Assembly: GCA_049322915.1 (NCBI GenBank)
Contig: JBMOPW010000005.1
Location: forward strand, 1-29,012
Length of the DNA stretch: 29,012 nucleotides
DNA from: Candidatus Zhuqueibacterota bacterium
GTDB lineage: Bacteria; Zhuqueibacterota; Zhuqueibacteria; Thermofontimicrobiales; Thermofontimicrobiaceae
Reading direction: 5' to 3'
The notes under the pieces were generated by a model, which searched no databases, had not been told where the DNA came from, and saw only the letters and a program-made list of their open reading frames with translations. Every line of letters starts with the position of its first letter. The first letter of the stretch is position 1. Positions 17,090 through 26,510 of the stretch are shown here, piece by piece. A program made the position numbers and the translations under genes.

Positions 17090-20000
17090 CTATCGCAGCA
17101 CGAGCAATTTCCTCTGCTTCACAAAATCGCCGGCGCGCAGGCGATAGAAATACACGCCGCTTGTGACGGACTGACCGGAAGAATTTTTGCCATCCCATTC
17201 AACGCGATGCTGCCCGCCCTTTTTGATCTCATCGACGAGTACGCAGACCAACTGTCCGTTCACATTGTAGACAGTGATGGTGACGCGCTCATCCCGGGGT
17301 AATTCATAGCCAATCGTCGTGTTCGGATTGAATGGATTGGGATAGTTCTGGAGCAACCGATACGACCTGGCCGGGGCTTCCGCGAGGTTGTTCACTCCGG
17401 TCACTGAAAAATTCGCCCGCAGCGTTTTCAGTTCATGGGAATTCACCGCGACCTGAACGCCATTGGCGTTGACCGAAGCCGCGCCGATGGTATTTTCCAC
17501 GCCATCCGTCACCTGGGCGGAATGCCATTGGAACACGTCCGATGCGACCTGGGCGAAGGCGGCAGTCCCGCTCAATTCCAACAACCGGAAGATGGCGCCG
17601 TTTTCGTCCTCGGCCTGTTTCACATTCACGAGCATGACATTGGCCGGATCGACGCTGAAAAAGCTGGCTGCTGAAGCGGAGAGCGAGCCGGTTTCGTTGC
17701 TGTCCGTGAGTTTTGCCAGCAGCGGATTGCTGAACGCCCAATTGAATTGGGCTGCTGCGATGTCGTCGAATGATCCCGGCGTAGCGGCAAACGAGTAGTG
17801 CGTCACGATCATCGGACTCGCCCCAGGTTCGCCGATGATGGGACCGACGCTCCCGTTCGCAAACATGCCCTCATCCTCTTTTTTTATGAAGCGGGAGATC
17901 AGCGTCGCCGTGGCCGGATCGAACTCCGTGTTGAGGCCATGAAATGTGTCGAATTCCACAACAAAGGATTCCCGATTCGCCCAGTGAATGGAGTAGCCGC
18001 CATCGCTCAGACAACCGCCGTGCTGAACGGCGAAGTAGCCGCGCGGCGCGCCGGGCAGATGGTCTGTCGCCGGATTCCAGAAACCGTGCGCGCCCTCCAG
18101 CCTGACGTCGAAATTTGACAGGTCAAACGGGAAGGTGTAGGCGTAATATTCGAAATTGATATCCTGAGTCACCCAATCCATCTGATTCCGATCCATGGTG
18201 TTCACAATATCCACGCGGGGAATCGCCTGATAGAGCCATATTTCCGTGCGCACGAACGGCGAGCCGCTGCGGGTGATCACCAGCGCCTTTGCCACATCCC
18301 CTCGGATCGAACTGTCGATCTGAGCCGCTCCCGGCGGAATGGCGACATAATCGCCGGCAGCGGCTTCAAGACTATTGGCCTTGATGCAGCCGTTAAATTG
18401 GTACTGACTCGCGCCATCGATGAGTTCGCGCTGTTCCTGTTTATCGAACAGGCTGATAATGCTGCCATCGACCGGGCTGATAGTCACCCGGTAAAAGTCA
18501 TTGGCAATGGCGGCTTCGACCTGGCTCTGTTCTGAGTTGATAGTGTGACTTCGCCCCTGACTTTTCTCAGCCGGCGACGGGACCAGATGAAACACCTTAT
18601 AGCCCACAGAGGGCACCTGCGAGGCGGTGAACTTGATGTCGCCGGTCGATTCCAGAATTTGAAACGGCACTGCGCTCCCGGTCGCAGCATCGACCAGCGA
18701 GAAACTCCGGCCCAGCCAGTCCTGGCTCAATGGCAATGTGACGACATCGCTCCGCTCCCAGGACAGCGGATTGAACACCAGAATCCCCGGCGATTCTGTA
18801 CTCACCTGAGCCGCCAGTTCCGCCAGATTCATGTCAACCAGCCCGTAGGCGGAATCATAAGCATCTTTGGCGTAGTGGAACGCAATTTCGCTCTGATGCT
18901 GAGCCTCATCGTAGGTCATCAGTCCGGGCCAGGGCGTGCCGCCGCCGCTGTGCTCGTCGAACTGGAGCATATTTTCATAAATCCGGTTCACCACCTGCGC
19001 GGGATAGCTCGCCCCGGCGACCGCCGATTGGATCACTGCCAGTTTTTCAGCGGTGGTCGTCAGCTCGTGCGCTGCGCGGTTCATCGCCATGCTCTGCGGC
19101 GTGTTCAGCGAGATATGATCCCAGCCGCCGCTCCAATCGCCGCGATAGGTCTCAAATTGGGCGCCATATTTTTCTTCCAGATGCACGAAAAAATCCTCAG
19201 GCCGGGCCACGATCATCCTGGGATTGGCATAGGTTTTATTCCACAGACTGGCCATGCCAGTGTGCAGCGTTGTGGGCTCGGTATTTTCAATCTTCCCGAC
19301 CATGATCATGATCGCATCATAGGGATATCCGGCCGCTTTGTAGTCTGCCAGTTCCGCTGACAGCGACTGATAAAAGGTGCTCAACTGCGACATGTTGAAC
19401 GTCGTGTACCATTCAATGTAACTGCCGTAGCTGATCCAGGTGAGCACCGAGTTGCCATCCGGTCCCTGCCAGTAAAAGGGATTGTGCTGCCTGGGCAGTT
19501 TCGGCCCCCCGCCGAACGCATCGTTGATGCCGGTGGCCAGATATTTCACCCCGGCATTGGCCAGCACCGATGGCAACGCCCAGGCATAGCCGGGCACATC
19601 ATTTTGATAAATCGTATTCAATTCAAAACCGAAGTCCTGGCGGTACCTGGCTGCCGGGTAGAGGAACCGGCTCATTTCCTCGACGCCCAACGTGGCCGAA
19701 TGCATGGTGGCATAGCCGGCGCACATATCCATCCGACCCGATTGCACCTGCTCCCTGAAATGCGCGATCTCCTGCGGCGTGCTTCGCTTCAACCATTGGT
19801 CCAATTGCCAGATGCTTTCGATGGTCCATTTGTACGTCGGTATGTCATCGATGTACTGAATGGCCTTATCGATGATGGTTTTGTACTGATCCGCCACCAC
19901 ATCCTGGGGATCGGTGAAACCAATATCCAGATGCGTGAAATGCACCAGATAGACATAACGAATCGGCGAAGCAATGCCCGGCTGGGCGAAATAGAATGCG

Positions 20001-21391
20001 CCCATATCCGCAACAGTCCCGTCTGGATCAACCCCGCTGTTGGGATCGCCGGCATCGATGCAGGGGGAATTCGCGCTGAGTCCGTACTGCGACGTGTCAG
20101 CCCCGGAGAACAGCGGGTCAGCCGAGATCGCGCCCTGTCCGCCCGCGCAACTCACGTAATTTCCGCCGGCATTGTTCCAGACATCGTTGTAGGAGATGGC
20201 CGCGTGATCCCGGGCTTTGACGCCAAAACCGGTTCCATTGACAAAAATATTATTGAAGATGGACACCGTCGAGCCGAAACTTTCCAGTCCGTCCTGATAG
20301 TCGCTCAGCGTATTATTGTGAAATGAACTGCCCGGACAGAGATTGAACACCGCGGCGATGTTGCCGGAGCCGACAAGGAGATTGCGGGAGATATCGACGG
20401 CGCTGCTGTGCACGTCGATCCCAATGGCGCATGAGCGAATGGTATTCGCCCGAAAGACCAACTCGCTGTTCAAGACCTGAATTCCCCCGTCCTGGTAGTT
20501 TGATCCGACGAACTCATTCTCCGTCACTGACACGCCATTGGAGAATTCGATAGAAATTCCTCCCTCGCCGGACGCGATTGAGAATCGATTATCAGCAATC
20601 ACCACGCTATCGACCGAATGAACCTGGACGAGATGGAATCCCTGGCCGGCGCGCTGAATCGTCAGATCGTGTAGCTGCGACCCGGCAGCGCAGTGAACCA
20701 CCGGGCCCTGGCCATTGCCCTCGACAATAGTAGCAGCCGAAGGATCGCCGAACAGGCTGATGCCTGGCGCGAGGATGACATTTTCAGAATAGGTTCCCGG
20801 TGAAATAGAAATGATCATGCCGGAATCGGCCGCATCGATGGCCTGCTGAATGGTGGGGAAATCGCGCGGCACCTGCAACTGGCCGATCACGCTGACCGGA
20901 TTGTTGAAGGAATAATCGTACACATTGCCCCAGCTTGTATCATAACCCAGAGCGTCTTCTCCCAGCGTGTAGCCAATCTGGTAGTCGCCGAGGGTTGCGC
21001 CGGCGCGGAGCGTGCACGTCAGCGTGGCCGGAATGGAGGCTTCATCCGCCAAAAAAGATTCTGCAGAGAGAAAACCCAGCCAGACATAATCCGGCCCGCT
21101 CGGATAAACAGCTTCGCAGGAATCCGCCCAGAAGGGACTGGGGAGAAATTCGCCGCTCCCAAATTTTTCGCTCTGATAGGCCACACCAGTGACGGTCCAA
21201 TCTTTGGGCGCCAGCACGGTGAAAAATACGGCATGGGGATTGGGATCCGTGCCCTCGCTGCGGATGGTCACCGTCACCGACATGGTATCCCCCGGCGCTA
21301 CTGTCTGCGGCTGCAAGACGCCATCAATTTCAAGACAACTGGAAAACAGTATCGCGACAGCCAGCGCTAACAACAGAGCATAGCGAACCAT
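17090..21391 (-). CDS. Secreted GH38-like glycoside hydrolase (alpha-mannosidase-like) with parallel beta-helix domain and C-terminal FlgD-Ig/T9SS-type sorting domain
   Basis: Signal peptide ending FSSC. VPRDFPTIQQAID...SPCIDAGDP...DMGA marks a beta-helix module. GH38 motifs HFTHLDIGF, NDVPG, FDEH, VFNPLSWER, VPSVGY and NVKQAED. C-terminal LLQNYPNPFNP...SGVYFYRL. Confidence 0.88.
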   Translation of the reverse strand: MVRYALLLALAVAILFSSCLEIDGVLQPQTVAPGDTMSVTVTIRSEGTDPNPHAVFFTVLAPKDWTVTGVAYQSEKFGSGEFLPSPFWADSCEAVYPSGPDYVWLGFLSAESFLADEASIPATLTCTLRAGATLGDYQIGYTLGEDALGYDTSWGNVYDYSFNNPVSVIGQLQVPRDFPTIQQAIDAADSGMIISISPGTYSENVILAPGISLFGDPSAATIVEGNGQGPVVHCAAGSQLHDLTIQRAGQGFHLVQVHSVDSVVIADNRFSIASGEGGISIEFSNGVSVTENEFVGSNYQDGGIQVLNSELVFRANTIRSCAIGIDVHSSAVDISRNLLVGSGNIAAVFNLCPGSSFHNNTLSDYQDGLESFGSTVSIFNNIFVNGTGFGVKARDHAAISYNDVWNNAGGNYVSCAGGQGAISADPLFSGADTSQYGLSANSPCIDAGDPNSGVDPDGTVADMGAFYFAQPGIASPIRYVYLVHFTHLDIGFTDPQDVVADQYKTIIDKAIQYIDDIPTYKWTIESIWQLDQWLKRSTPQEIAHFREQVQSGRMDMCAGYATMHSATLGVEEMSRFLYPAARYRQDFGFELNTIYQNDVPGYAWALPSVLANAGVKYLATGINDAFGGGPKLPRQHNPFYWQGPDGNSVLTWISYGSYIEWYTTFNMSQLSTFYQSLSAELADYKAAGYPYDAIMIMVGKIENTEPTTLHTGMASLWNKTYANPRMIVARPEDFFVHLEEKYGAQFETYRGDWSGGWDHISLNTPQSMAMNRAAHELTTTAEKLAVIQSAVAGASYPAQVVNRIYENMLQFDEHSGGGTPWPGLMTYDEAQHQSEIAFHYAKDAYDSAYGLVDMNLAELAAQVSTESPGILVFNPLSWERSDVVTLPLSQDWLGRSFSLVDAATGSAVPFQILESTGDIKFTASQVPSVGYKVFHLVPSPAEKSQGRSHTINSEQSQVEAAIANDFYRVTISPVDGSIISLFDKQEQRELIDGASQYQFNGCIKANSLEAAAGDYVAIPPGAAQIDSSIRGDVAKALVITRSGSPFVRTEIWLYQAIPRVDIVNTMDRNQMDWVTQDINFEYYAYTFPFDLSNFDVRLEGAHGFWNPATDHLPGAPRGYFAVQHGGCLSDGGYSIHWANRESFVVEFDTFHGLNTEFDPATATLISRFIKKEDEGMFANGSVGPIIGEPGASPMIVTHYSFAATPGSFDDIAAAQFNWAFSNPLLAKLTDSNETGSLSASAASFFSVDPANVMLVNVKQAEDENGAIFRLLELSGTAAFAQVASDVFQWHSAQVTDGVENTIGAASVNANGVQVAVNSHELKTLRANFSVTGVNNLAEAPARSYRLLQNYPNPFNPNTTIGYELPRDERVTITVYNVNGQLVCVLVDEIKKGGQHRVEWDGKNSSGQSVTSGVYFYRLRAGDFVKQRKLLVLR

Positions 21392-21610
21392 GATCTCTCC
21401 AACCTTTCATGTTTATTGTCCCAATGCGCGCCTTCGATTCCATGTCTGAACTTCAATTTTTTGATCACTGAGAGACGCATTTCGCTTCCAACGGAGCCTT
21501 CATTTCCCAGGCATCGATTTCATTTCTGACTGATGCAACGCTGGGAATATACAAAATAAAATTGAAAATATCTTGTTTAATTATGTTTTATTTTTGTTAT
21601 ATCTTGTTGA

Positions 21611-21661
21611 GGCCTCTGAGGCGGATCGGAAGGGCCGTTCAAATCAGCCCTCCCCTGCTAC
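21611..21661 (+). other. tRNA T-arm-like fragment
   Basis: GGGCCG-TTCAAAT-CAGCCC hairpin followed by TCCCCTGCTAC, resembling a tRNA 3' half. No D-arm or anticodon arm. Confidence 0.3.
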
Positions 21662-21892
21662 ATAATTTCAGGCGTGTCTTTCATTTTCGCGGAGAGTCAT
21701 GTGGGAAGAGCGATGCAGCCGCACCGGGAACCGGTTCGGGATAGCCAGATTTTTTGGAATATATTGCCACGGATTTTTACCACAACGAACACCCTTTCCC
21801 TCTCCACACGGATAATTTTCGTCAGGGAACCCCAACCCGGGATTGTCCCTGCTGGCAACGCGACAGGAACGGATTCCCAGCATGCCGGCGCT

Positions 21893-22867
21893 TCATTTCA
21901 CCACGGTCGCGGATGCCGTTTTCACAACATCCAGCAGATCGAACACGCGGGCGTAATAATGATCCCTGATCTCGAATTTGGTCTTGCCGCTGCCTTTGAA
22001 CTCATTGCCCAGCGCGTCGATGAATTTGTGCAGCCGCTTCTGGTGAAGCCCGAACGCTGCCTGCACCGGATCGGTGATGATGCCGGCGAAGGACGTGACG
22101 ATCGCCATCACGGCCATGATCGAGCCGGTGGCCGCAGCAATGAGTCCCAGCGACGCCGACGCCGGAAAAATGCTGTACCACACCGAGCCGAGCGTGGAAC
22201 CCAGGAGGAAATTGGAGATAGCCGTTTTCTGGGCGATGGCCGTCGCAGCAGCGCTGCCGGTTGCCATGGCGCCCGGCGTCATCTGCCTGAACAGCGCCGC
22301 CCCAACGGCGATGGTGATGATGCTCCCGGCGAGGTCAGCGGCGGCCGTGCGGCTGGTCGCATACTCGCGCAGATTATTCTCCAGCGCCGACCGGAATTTG
22401 GGGTCGGATGATTTCTGTCTGATCGTGGAAAAGTGCGTCACAAACAGACTCTCGACGTCCGGTTGATTGAGAATCTCGTCCAGCAGCGCATCTTTGTCCG
22501 AGCGCCGACTTCCCTGCTCGAAGGGTATTTCCAGAAGCTCAGTATAAATCAGCCAATTCACCTCCTTCTGAACATTGGTCTCAAAACCGCGCGGGAGCTT
22601 TTTAACGCCTCTGGACATTCCTCCCAGGCCGGCAAGTTTGAACATCCCTCCGATGACATGAAATCCGGTTCGCACGACCGACCACGTGATGTTGATCGGT
22701 CCTTTGACAATGTCCATGCCGAGCGCTTTTCGGTGCAGCTTTATCGCCCCGCTGACAGAGAAGTAATTTTTCACAAATGCGGGCACTTTTTTATGGCGGG
22801 ATTTCACATAGGTTTCAATTGCCTGTTGAACACCCGCAGCGACGCGTCGTTCGTCTGCTTCAGCCAT
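21893..22867 (-). CDS. DUF6635-like membrane-associated protein
   Basis: Recognised pattern YxxSRxxxVPAFVxxxFS...LHRKALGxD...LIYTELL...YATSRTAAAD...DPVQAAFGLHQKRL; RBS GGAGGAAGG. Confidence 0.65.
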   Translation of the reverse strand: MAEADERRVAAGVQQAIETYVKSRHKKVPAFVKNYFSVSGAIKLHRKALGMDIVKGPINITWSVVRTGFHVIGGMFKLAGLGGMSRGVKKLPRGFETNVQKEVNWLIYTELLEIPFEQGSRRSDKDALLDEILNQPDVESLFVTHFSTIRQKSSDPKFRSALENNLREYATSRTAAADLAGSIITIAVGAALFRQMTPGAMATGSAAATAIAQKTAISNFLLGSTLGSVWYSIFPASASLGLIAAATGSIMAVMAIVTSFAGIITDPVQAAFGLHQKRLHKFIDALGNEFKGSGKTKFEIRDHYYARVFDLLDVVKTASATVVK

Positions 22868-22889
22868 GTTTTTCCTTCCTCCGATTGAT

Positions 22890-23642
22890 TCATTTCTTTG
22901 AGATATCCCATTTTGTTCGCAGTCGGGTCAATTCCTTTTCATCCCTGTCGCGGACGATCTGGTGAACGAATACGAGCTGTTCACTGCTCCCGACCTGCGC
23001 GGTTCGCGAAAGCACGCGGTCTCCATAGAAAGCTTCGCCGCGAAAAGCCGCTTCAATTTCGGACAGGCGATATTTTTTCAGAACATCGTGCGGAACCGCC
23101 TCGATCCCCCACTCGATGGACGTCACGTGATTCACATGATTGTTCAAATCCAGGTCATGCATCCTCGCGCGGAACGGGAGTTCGGCGTCGGCGTGGCTGA
23201 TTTCGGGCAACGGCTCAAAGGGATCCGGAATCATCCGCGTGGGATTGCGGGGGTATTCCGGCAGATGCAGGTCCGGCAGCACTGGTTTTTTCGTCTTCAG
23301 GTCGAGTAAAATCCAGGAGCTTGTTCCCAGCACCATGGTGGTTTCCCTGTCGTCCACAATTTGAAATTCGCGAAGAGAGAAAAATTTCTCCTGTGTGGAA
23401 GGCCACGTATGGATCGTGATCTGCTGGCCCCAGGACGGATAGTGAAAAATCCTGATGTGGTAGCGCGACAAAACCCAGGTTAAATTGCGAGCGAACAGGT
23501 CGACTACCGACGCGCCCAACCGACCGGCATGGTCGCTGGCCACCTCCTGCAGAAAATTGAATAGGGTCGACAATTTTATTCTTGCATGGGAGTCGACTTC
23601 ATACGTGCGAACGGTAAATTTTCTCGTGTAAATGTTATCCAA
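22890..23642 (-). CDS. Acyl-ACP thioesterase (FatA/FatB-like double hotdog)
   Basis: Motifs VRTYEVD, LQEVASDH, WVLSR, TWP, REF, SSWILLD and DLDLNNHVNH. TTG start preceded by GGAGG. Confidence 0.92.
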   Translation of the reverse strand: MDNIYTRKFTVRTYEVDSHARIKLSTLFNFLQEVASDHAGRLGASVVDLFARNLTWVLSRYHIRIFHYPSWGQQITIHTWPSTQEKFFSLREFQIVDDRETTMVLGTSSWILLDLKTKKPVLPDLHLPEYPRNPTRMIPDPFEPLPEISHADAELPFRARMHDLDLNNHVNHVTSIEWGIEAVPHDVLKKYRLSEIEAAFRGEAFYGDRVLSRTAQVGSSEQLVFVHQIVRDRDEKELTRLRTKWDISKK

Positions 23643-23876
23643 ATAATTCCTCCGAAGTTATCAATCGTTGAGCTCATTCCGAAACAGGCTGAGATCCTTC
23701 AGGTTCGCCGGATCGCGCCGGAGATGTACCCGGCGCGGGAATGGCCTGGAACATTGGTTCCCGAACAGGCGCATCGCTGCGGAGGAATACCCCCGAACGA
23801 TCAAGAGACCGGTTCGCCCCACCGGCATTTCGCGTCCATTCGAGTCAACCGCGCAGTCAGTGCGCCCCTTTCTGCC

Positions 23877-25139
23877 TCAGGCCGACTCCATCCGAACGCC
23901 GTCCACAACTTCCATGGCCATGCGCGTCCAGTCCCACAATCGCTGCGGCTGATACTGCACCGTGCTGATGTCTTTCAGAATGATCTCCACCGCGCAGCCT
24001 TCCAGGATTTTCAAATCCGCGATCAACGCCTTCCGCGCCGCATCCGGATTCCATGCGTCGCTGGCGAGGATCGCCGGATTGGGCTTGTACGAGATGACAT
24101 AATCGTCCCCGATGTTTTCCACCGCTCTGGCCAGATTTGCCCAGGGGCTGATGGATATCTTCCGCAGATTAGGCACGGATTTGAGCATGTCAATTTTATG
24201 ATGAAGCGGCTCGCAGCAGCCGTAGTAATTCAGGCCGAACCGCTCCAGCCAGCGCAACTCATAACGCAGGGCAAATTCTTCGTGCATGGCCGGGGACACA
24301 TCGCAAAAAATCTGCGCTGTGGCACACCCCCACTGATCCACGGTTCTCACAGTGTCGGGCGTGAAATTGTGACCAGGCAACTCGTCGGTGTAGGCCAGTC
24401 CGCCGGATCCAACCCGGTAATTGCCCCGGGCACAGGATAACAGATTCAGCGCGACGTATTGATCCAGCCGCGACAGGTACGCCGCGACCAGCCGATCCAT
24501 GGCCAGATGCACCAGAGCCGGGCGAGTGATCATGTCCATCAGCGCGGACTGCACATCCCACCAGCGAATCAATTCATCCCACGGTGCGAACCATTGATGA
24601 AACACACCGCGTTTTTCAATTTTCAGAATATCGCCGAAGCACTCGGCCAGCACCTGATAATTTTCCTCGCTGGCAGCCTCATCGTGATGGATGACCGGCA
24701 TCTTTATCTTGTCAACGTCCGATTCGTCCCGAATCTGTTGATGAAATCCCCGCGAATAAATGTTATTCATTTCATCCACTTTGAGTATATCGACATCTTC
24801 GCTGATTCCAAAACCGGAGTCGCGGATCACCAGCGGCGAGTAAAACACATCCTCCATCACCAAATCGAACGGCATGCGCCGCCAGAGATAAATTGTGCGG
24901 CGAAGTTCCTGTTCCGCCCAGCGGCAATGGGGATGCTCACACAGCAGCGTCAGTTCGCCGTTCACATCCATTTCATGCCAGGGAAACTCGTTTATCCAGA
25001 CCAGCGGCCGCGTTTTCTCACGCCCATTGAGTCGGCGCCATAGATCTGCTGTCTGCTTCTGCGCCGGCAGCGCCGCGAATTCGGCCACCTGCTCTGCCAG
25101 TGGCCGCAAAATCGATTTGTCGTTTTCAAACATGGTCAT
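23877..25139 (-). CDS. URO-D/MtaA-fold (methyltransferase-like) protein, YGCCEP subtype
   Basis: ALMDMITRPALVH, VSPAMHEEF, YYGCCEPL, KISISPW and SYKPNP follow the URO-D/methylcobamide:CoM methyltransferase barrel pattern. Start overlaps the upstream stop (ATGA). Confidence 0.7.
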   Translation of the reverse strand: MTMFENDKSILRPLAEQVAEFAALPAQKQTADLWRRLNGREKTRPLVWINEFPWHEMDVNGELTLLCEHPHCRWAEQELRRTIYLWRRMPFDLVMEDVFYSPLVIRDSGFGISEDVDILKVDEMNNIYSRGFHQQIRDESDVDKIKMPVIHHDEAASEENYQVLAECFGDILKIEKRGVFHQWFAPWDELIRWWDVQSALMDMITRPALVHLAMDRLVAAYLSRLDQYVALNLLSCARGNYRVGSGGLAYTDELPGHNFTPDTVRTVDQWGCATAQIFCDVSPAMHEEFALRYELRWLERFGLNYYGCCEPLHHKIDMLKSVPNLRKISISPWANLARAVENIGDDYVISYKPNPAILASDAWNPDAARKALIADLKILEGCAVEIILKDISTVQYQPQRLWDWTRMAMEVVDGVRMESA

Positions 25140-25771
25140 TGAGCATTCTTTCCTTGCTTCGTCCGGAAAACCAGGGCCAAGTCGGTCACTTCTCGGAGAA
25201 TTTTTAACTCGATGGAACGGAATCTGGTTTCATTCTGAAAAGACGCTAACAGTTCCTGAATCGCGGCGATTCTGGCATCGTCCATGCCGCATTCTTTCAG
25301 GGAGCGACCGCAGGCCTCTTTCTCACAAATCCGCGGTTTCTCTGTCCGGGGCGGCGACTGTTTTTCCACGGCCGTTGCGACCGCAAGCAACGCGGCTGGC
25401 TTGATCACCGTCGGATCCACGCCGAATTGTCCGATCAACCGATCGACTATTTCTTCAACCTGAGATAAAAATGGGTCTGCCAGTTCCCCATCAAAATGCC
25501 GTTCAATGATGACCTTCAGTCGCTCGATCTGCGGAGCGAGCAGGCGCCGGTCATTCGCCGGCTGGCCCAGGCACTCAGCAGCAGAGCGACACCAGGCTGC
25601 GCAGGCCAGGTTCAATCCGGGATTGCGGCTTTCTCTCCCGCACCCGGGGCAGAGTCGCGTCGGCTCGTCCTTCCAGAACTCGATCTCGGTCCCGCAATGA
25701 GCGCATTGCACGAAGGAGATATCCTCCGGCGTCCAGAATTGCTGATTTTGTCCGGGACAGCGAATTGGCAT
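25136..25771 (-). CDS. Cys-rich (Zn-ribbon/Fe-S) protein with degenerate HD-like helical domain
   Basis: CPGQ...CAHC...EFWKD...CPGC...CAAWC...C gives 8 Cys in the first ~70 aa. C-terminal VIKPAALLAVA sits where HD proteins have AAxLHD. Confidence 0.7.
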   Translation of the reverse strand: MPIRCPGQNQQFWTPEDISFVQCAHCGTEIEFWKDEPTRLCPGCGRESRNPGLNLACAAWCRSAAECLGQPANDRRLLAPQIERLKVIIERHFDGELADPFLSQVEEIVDRLIGQFGVDPTVIKPAALLAVATAVEKQSPPRTEKPRICEKEACGRSLKECGMDDARIAAIQELLASFQNETRFRSIELKILREVTDLALVFRTKQGKNAQ

Positions 25772-25807
25772 ACAGGCACCGTCTGGGTTGAAAAAACATT
25801 CATCGAA

Positions 25808-26413
25808 TCACTGGATCAAACGCGCGCACACCCGCGCAGCAAGAGTCGCGACATCTTCGGCGTGAAAAACCCGCCTGAGACCGGCATCGAAAAGGATGTC
25901 CGCCGTCGCCGGGAATTCTTCATCGCCACGCCGGTAAACGAGGGTGACGGCGATATTCCCGAAGCAGCGTATCCGCGCTCCGAAATCGCCGACCGGGTAC
26001 GGCTCCCAATCGAATCGATCCATGTTTCGTCTCAGCCCGTCCATGTCGTTCCCGAATTTTCCAATGAGCGGCCGAATGGCGCGCGCGACAAAGGGTTCCC
26101 AATAAAACTGACCGCCGCTGATATTACGAAACGATATCAACTCTGTCGAACCGGACAGGGGCGCATCGCACAAAAGGCTGTGCAGAATCAGGATTCTATC
26201 GACGTTCGGCGCCGGCAGGCCGGTTTGAGCCAATGTCAATTCGAATCGGACCGTATCCAGTTGCACCGTCTCTCCGAAGGCGCGGAACGTGATGACGCCG
26301 GATGCGTCCGGCCGGGGCAGGCCAGCATTTTGGCAGCGACGATTCACGTCAATCCCGGCCAGCCCGGCGACTGCGAGCCGAATGGCCTCCTGTTGCGCTG
26401 TTTGATGCGACAT
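25808..26413 (-). CDS. DUF3786 domain protein
   Basis: Motifs ILILHSL, LISFRNISGG.FY..F, GD and GDEEFPA.A.ILFD...EDV; the family is commonly found beside corrinoid activators. Confidence 0.85.
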   Translation of the reverse strand: MSHQTAQQEAIRLAVAGLAGIDVNRRCQNAGLPRPDASGVITFRAFGETVQLDTVRFELTLAQTGLPAPNVDRILILHSLLCDAPLSGSTELISFRNISGGQFYWEPFVARAIRPLIGKFGNDMDGLRRNMDRFDWEPYPVGDFGARIRCFGNIAVTLVYRRGDEEFPATADILFDAGLRRVFHAEDVATLAARVCARLIQ

Positions 26414-26510
26414 AGCAATTTACCAGTGATATTTCAACGTGTAACGTGTAAAAAAAAGCGCATGGCATCGATGGAGCCGGATTCTTTGTCCCGCAGCCGG
26501 GACGCCGCCT

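Noticed and set aside
21611..21661. Functional tRNA gene
   Set aside because: No acceptor-stem pairing, D-arm or anticodon arm; kept only as a fragment.
23714..23737. GC hairpin CGCGCCGG/CCGGCGCG as terminator (also 2217-2258)
   Set aside because: No U-tract on the coding strand, and such stems arise readily at this GC content.
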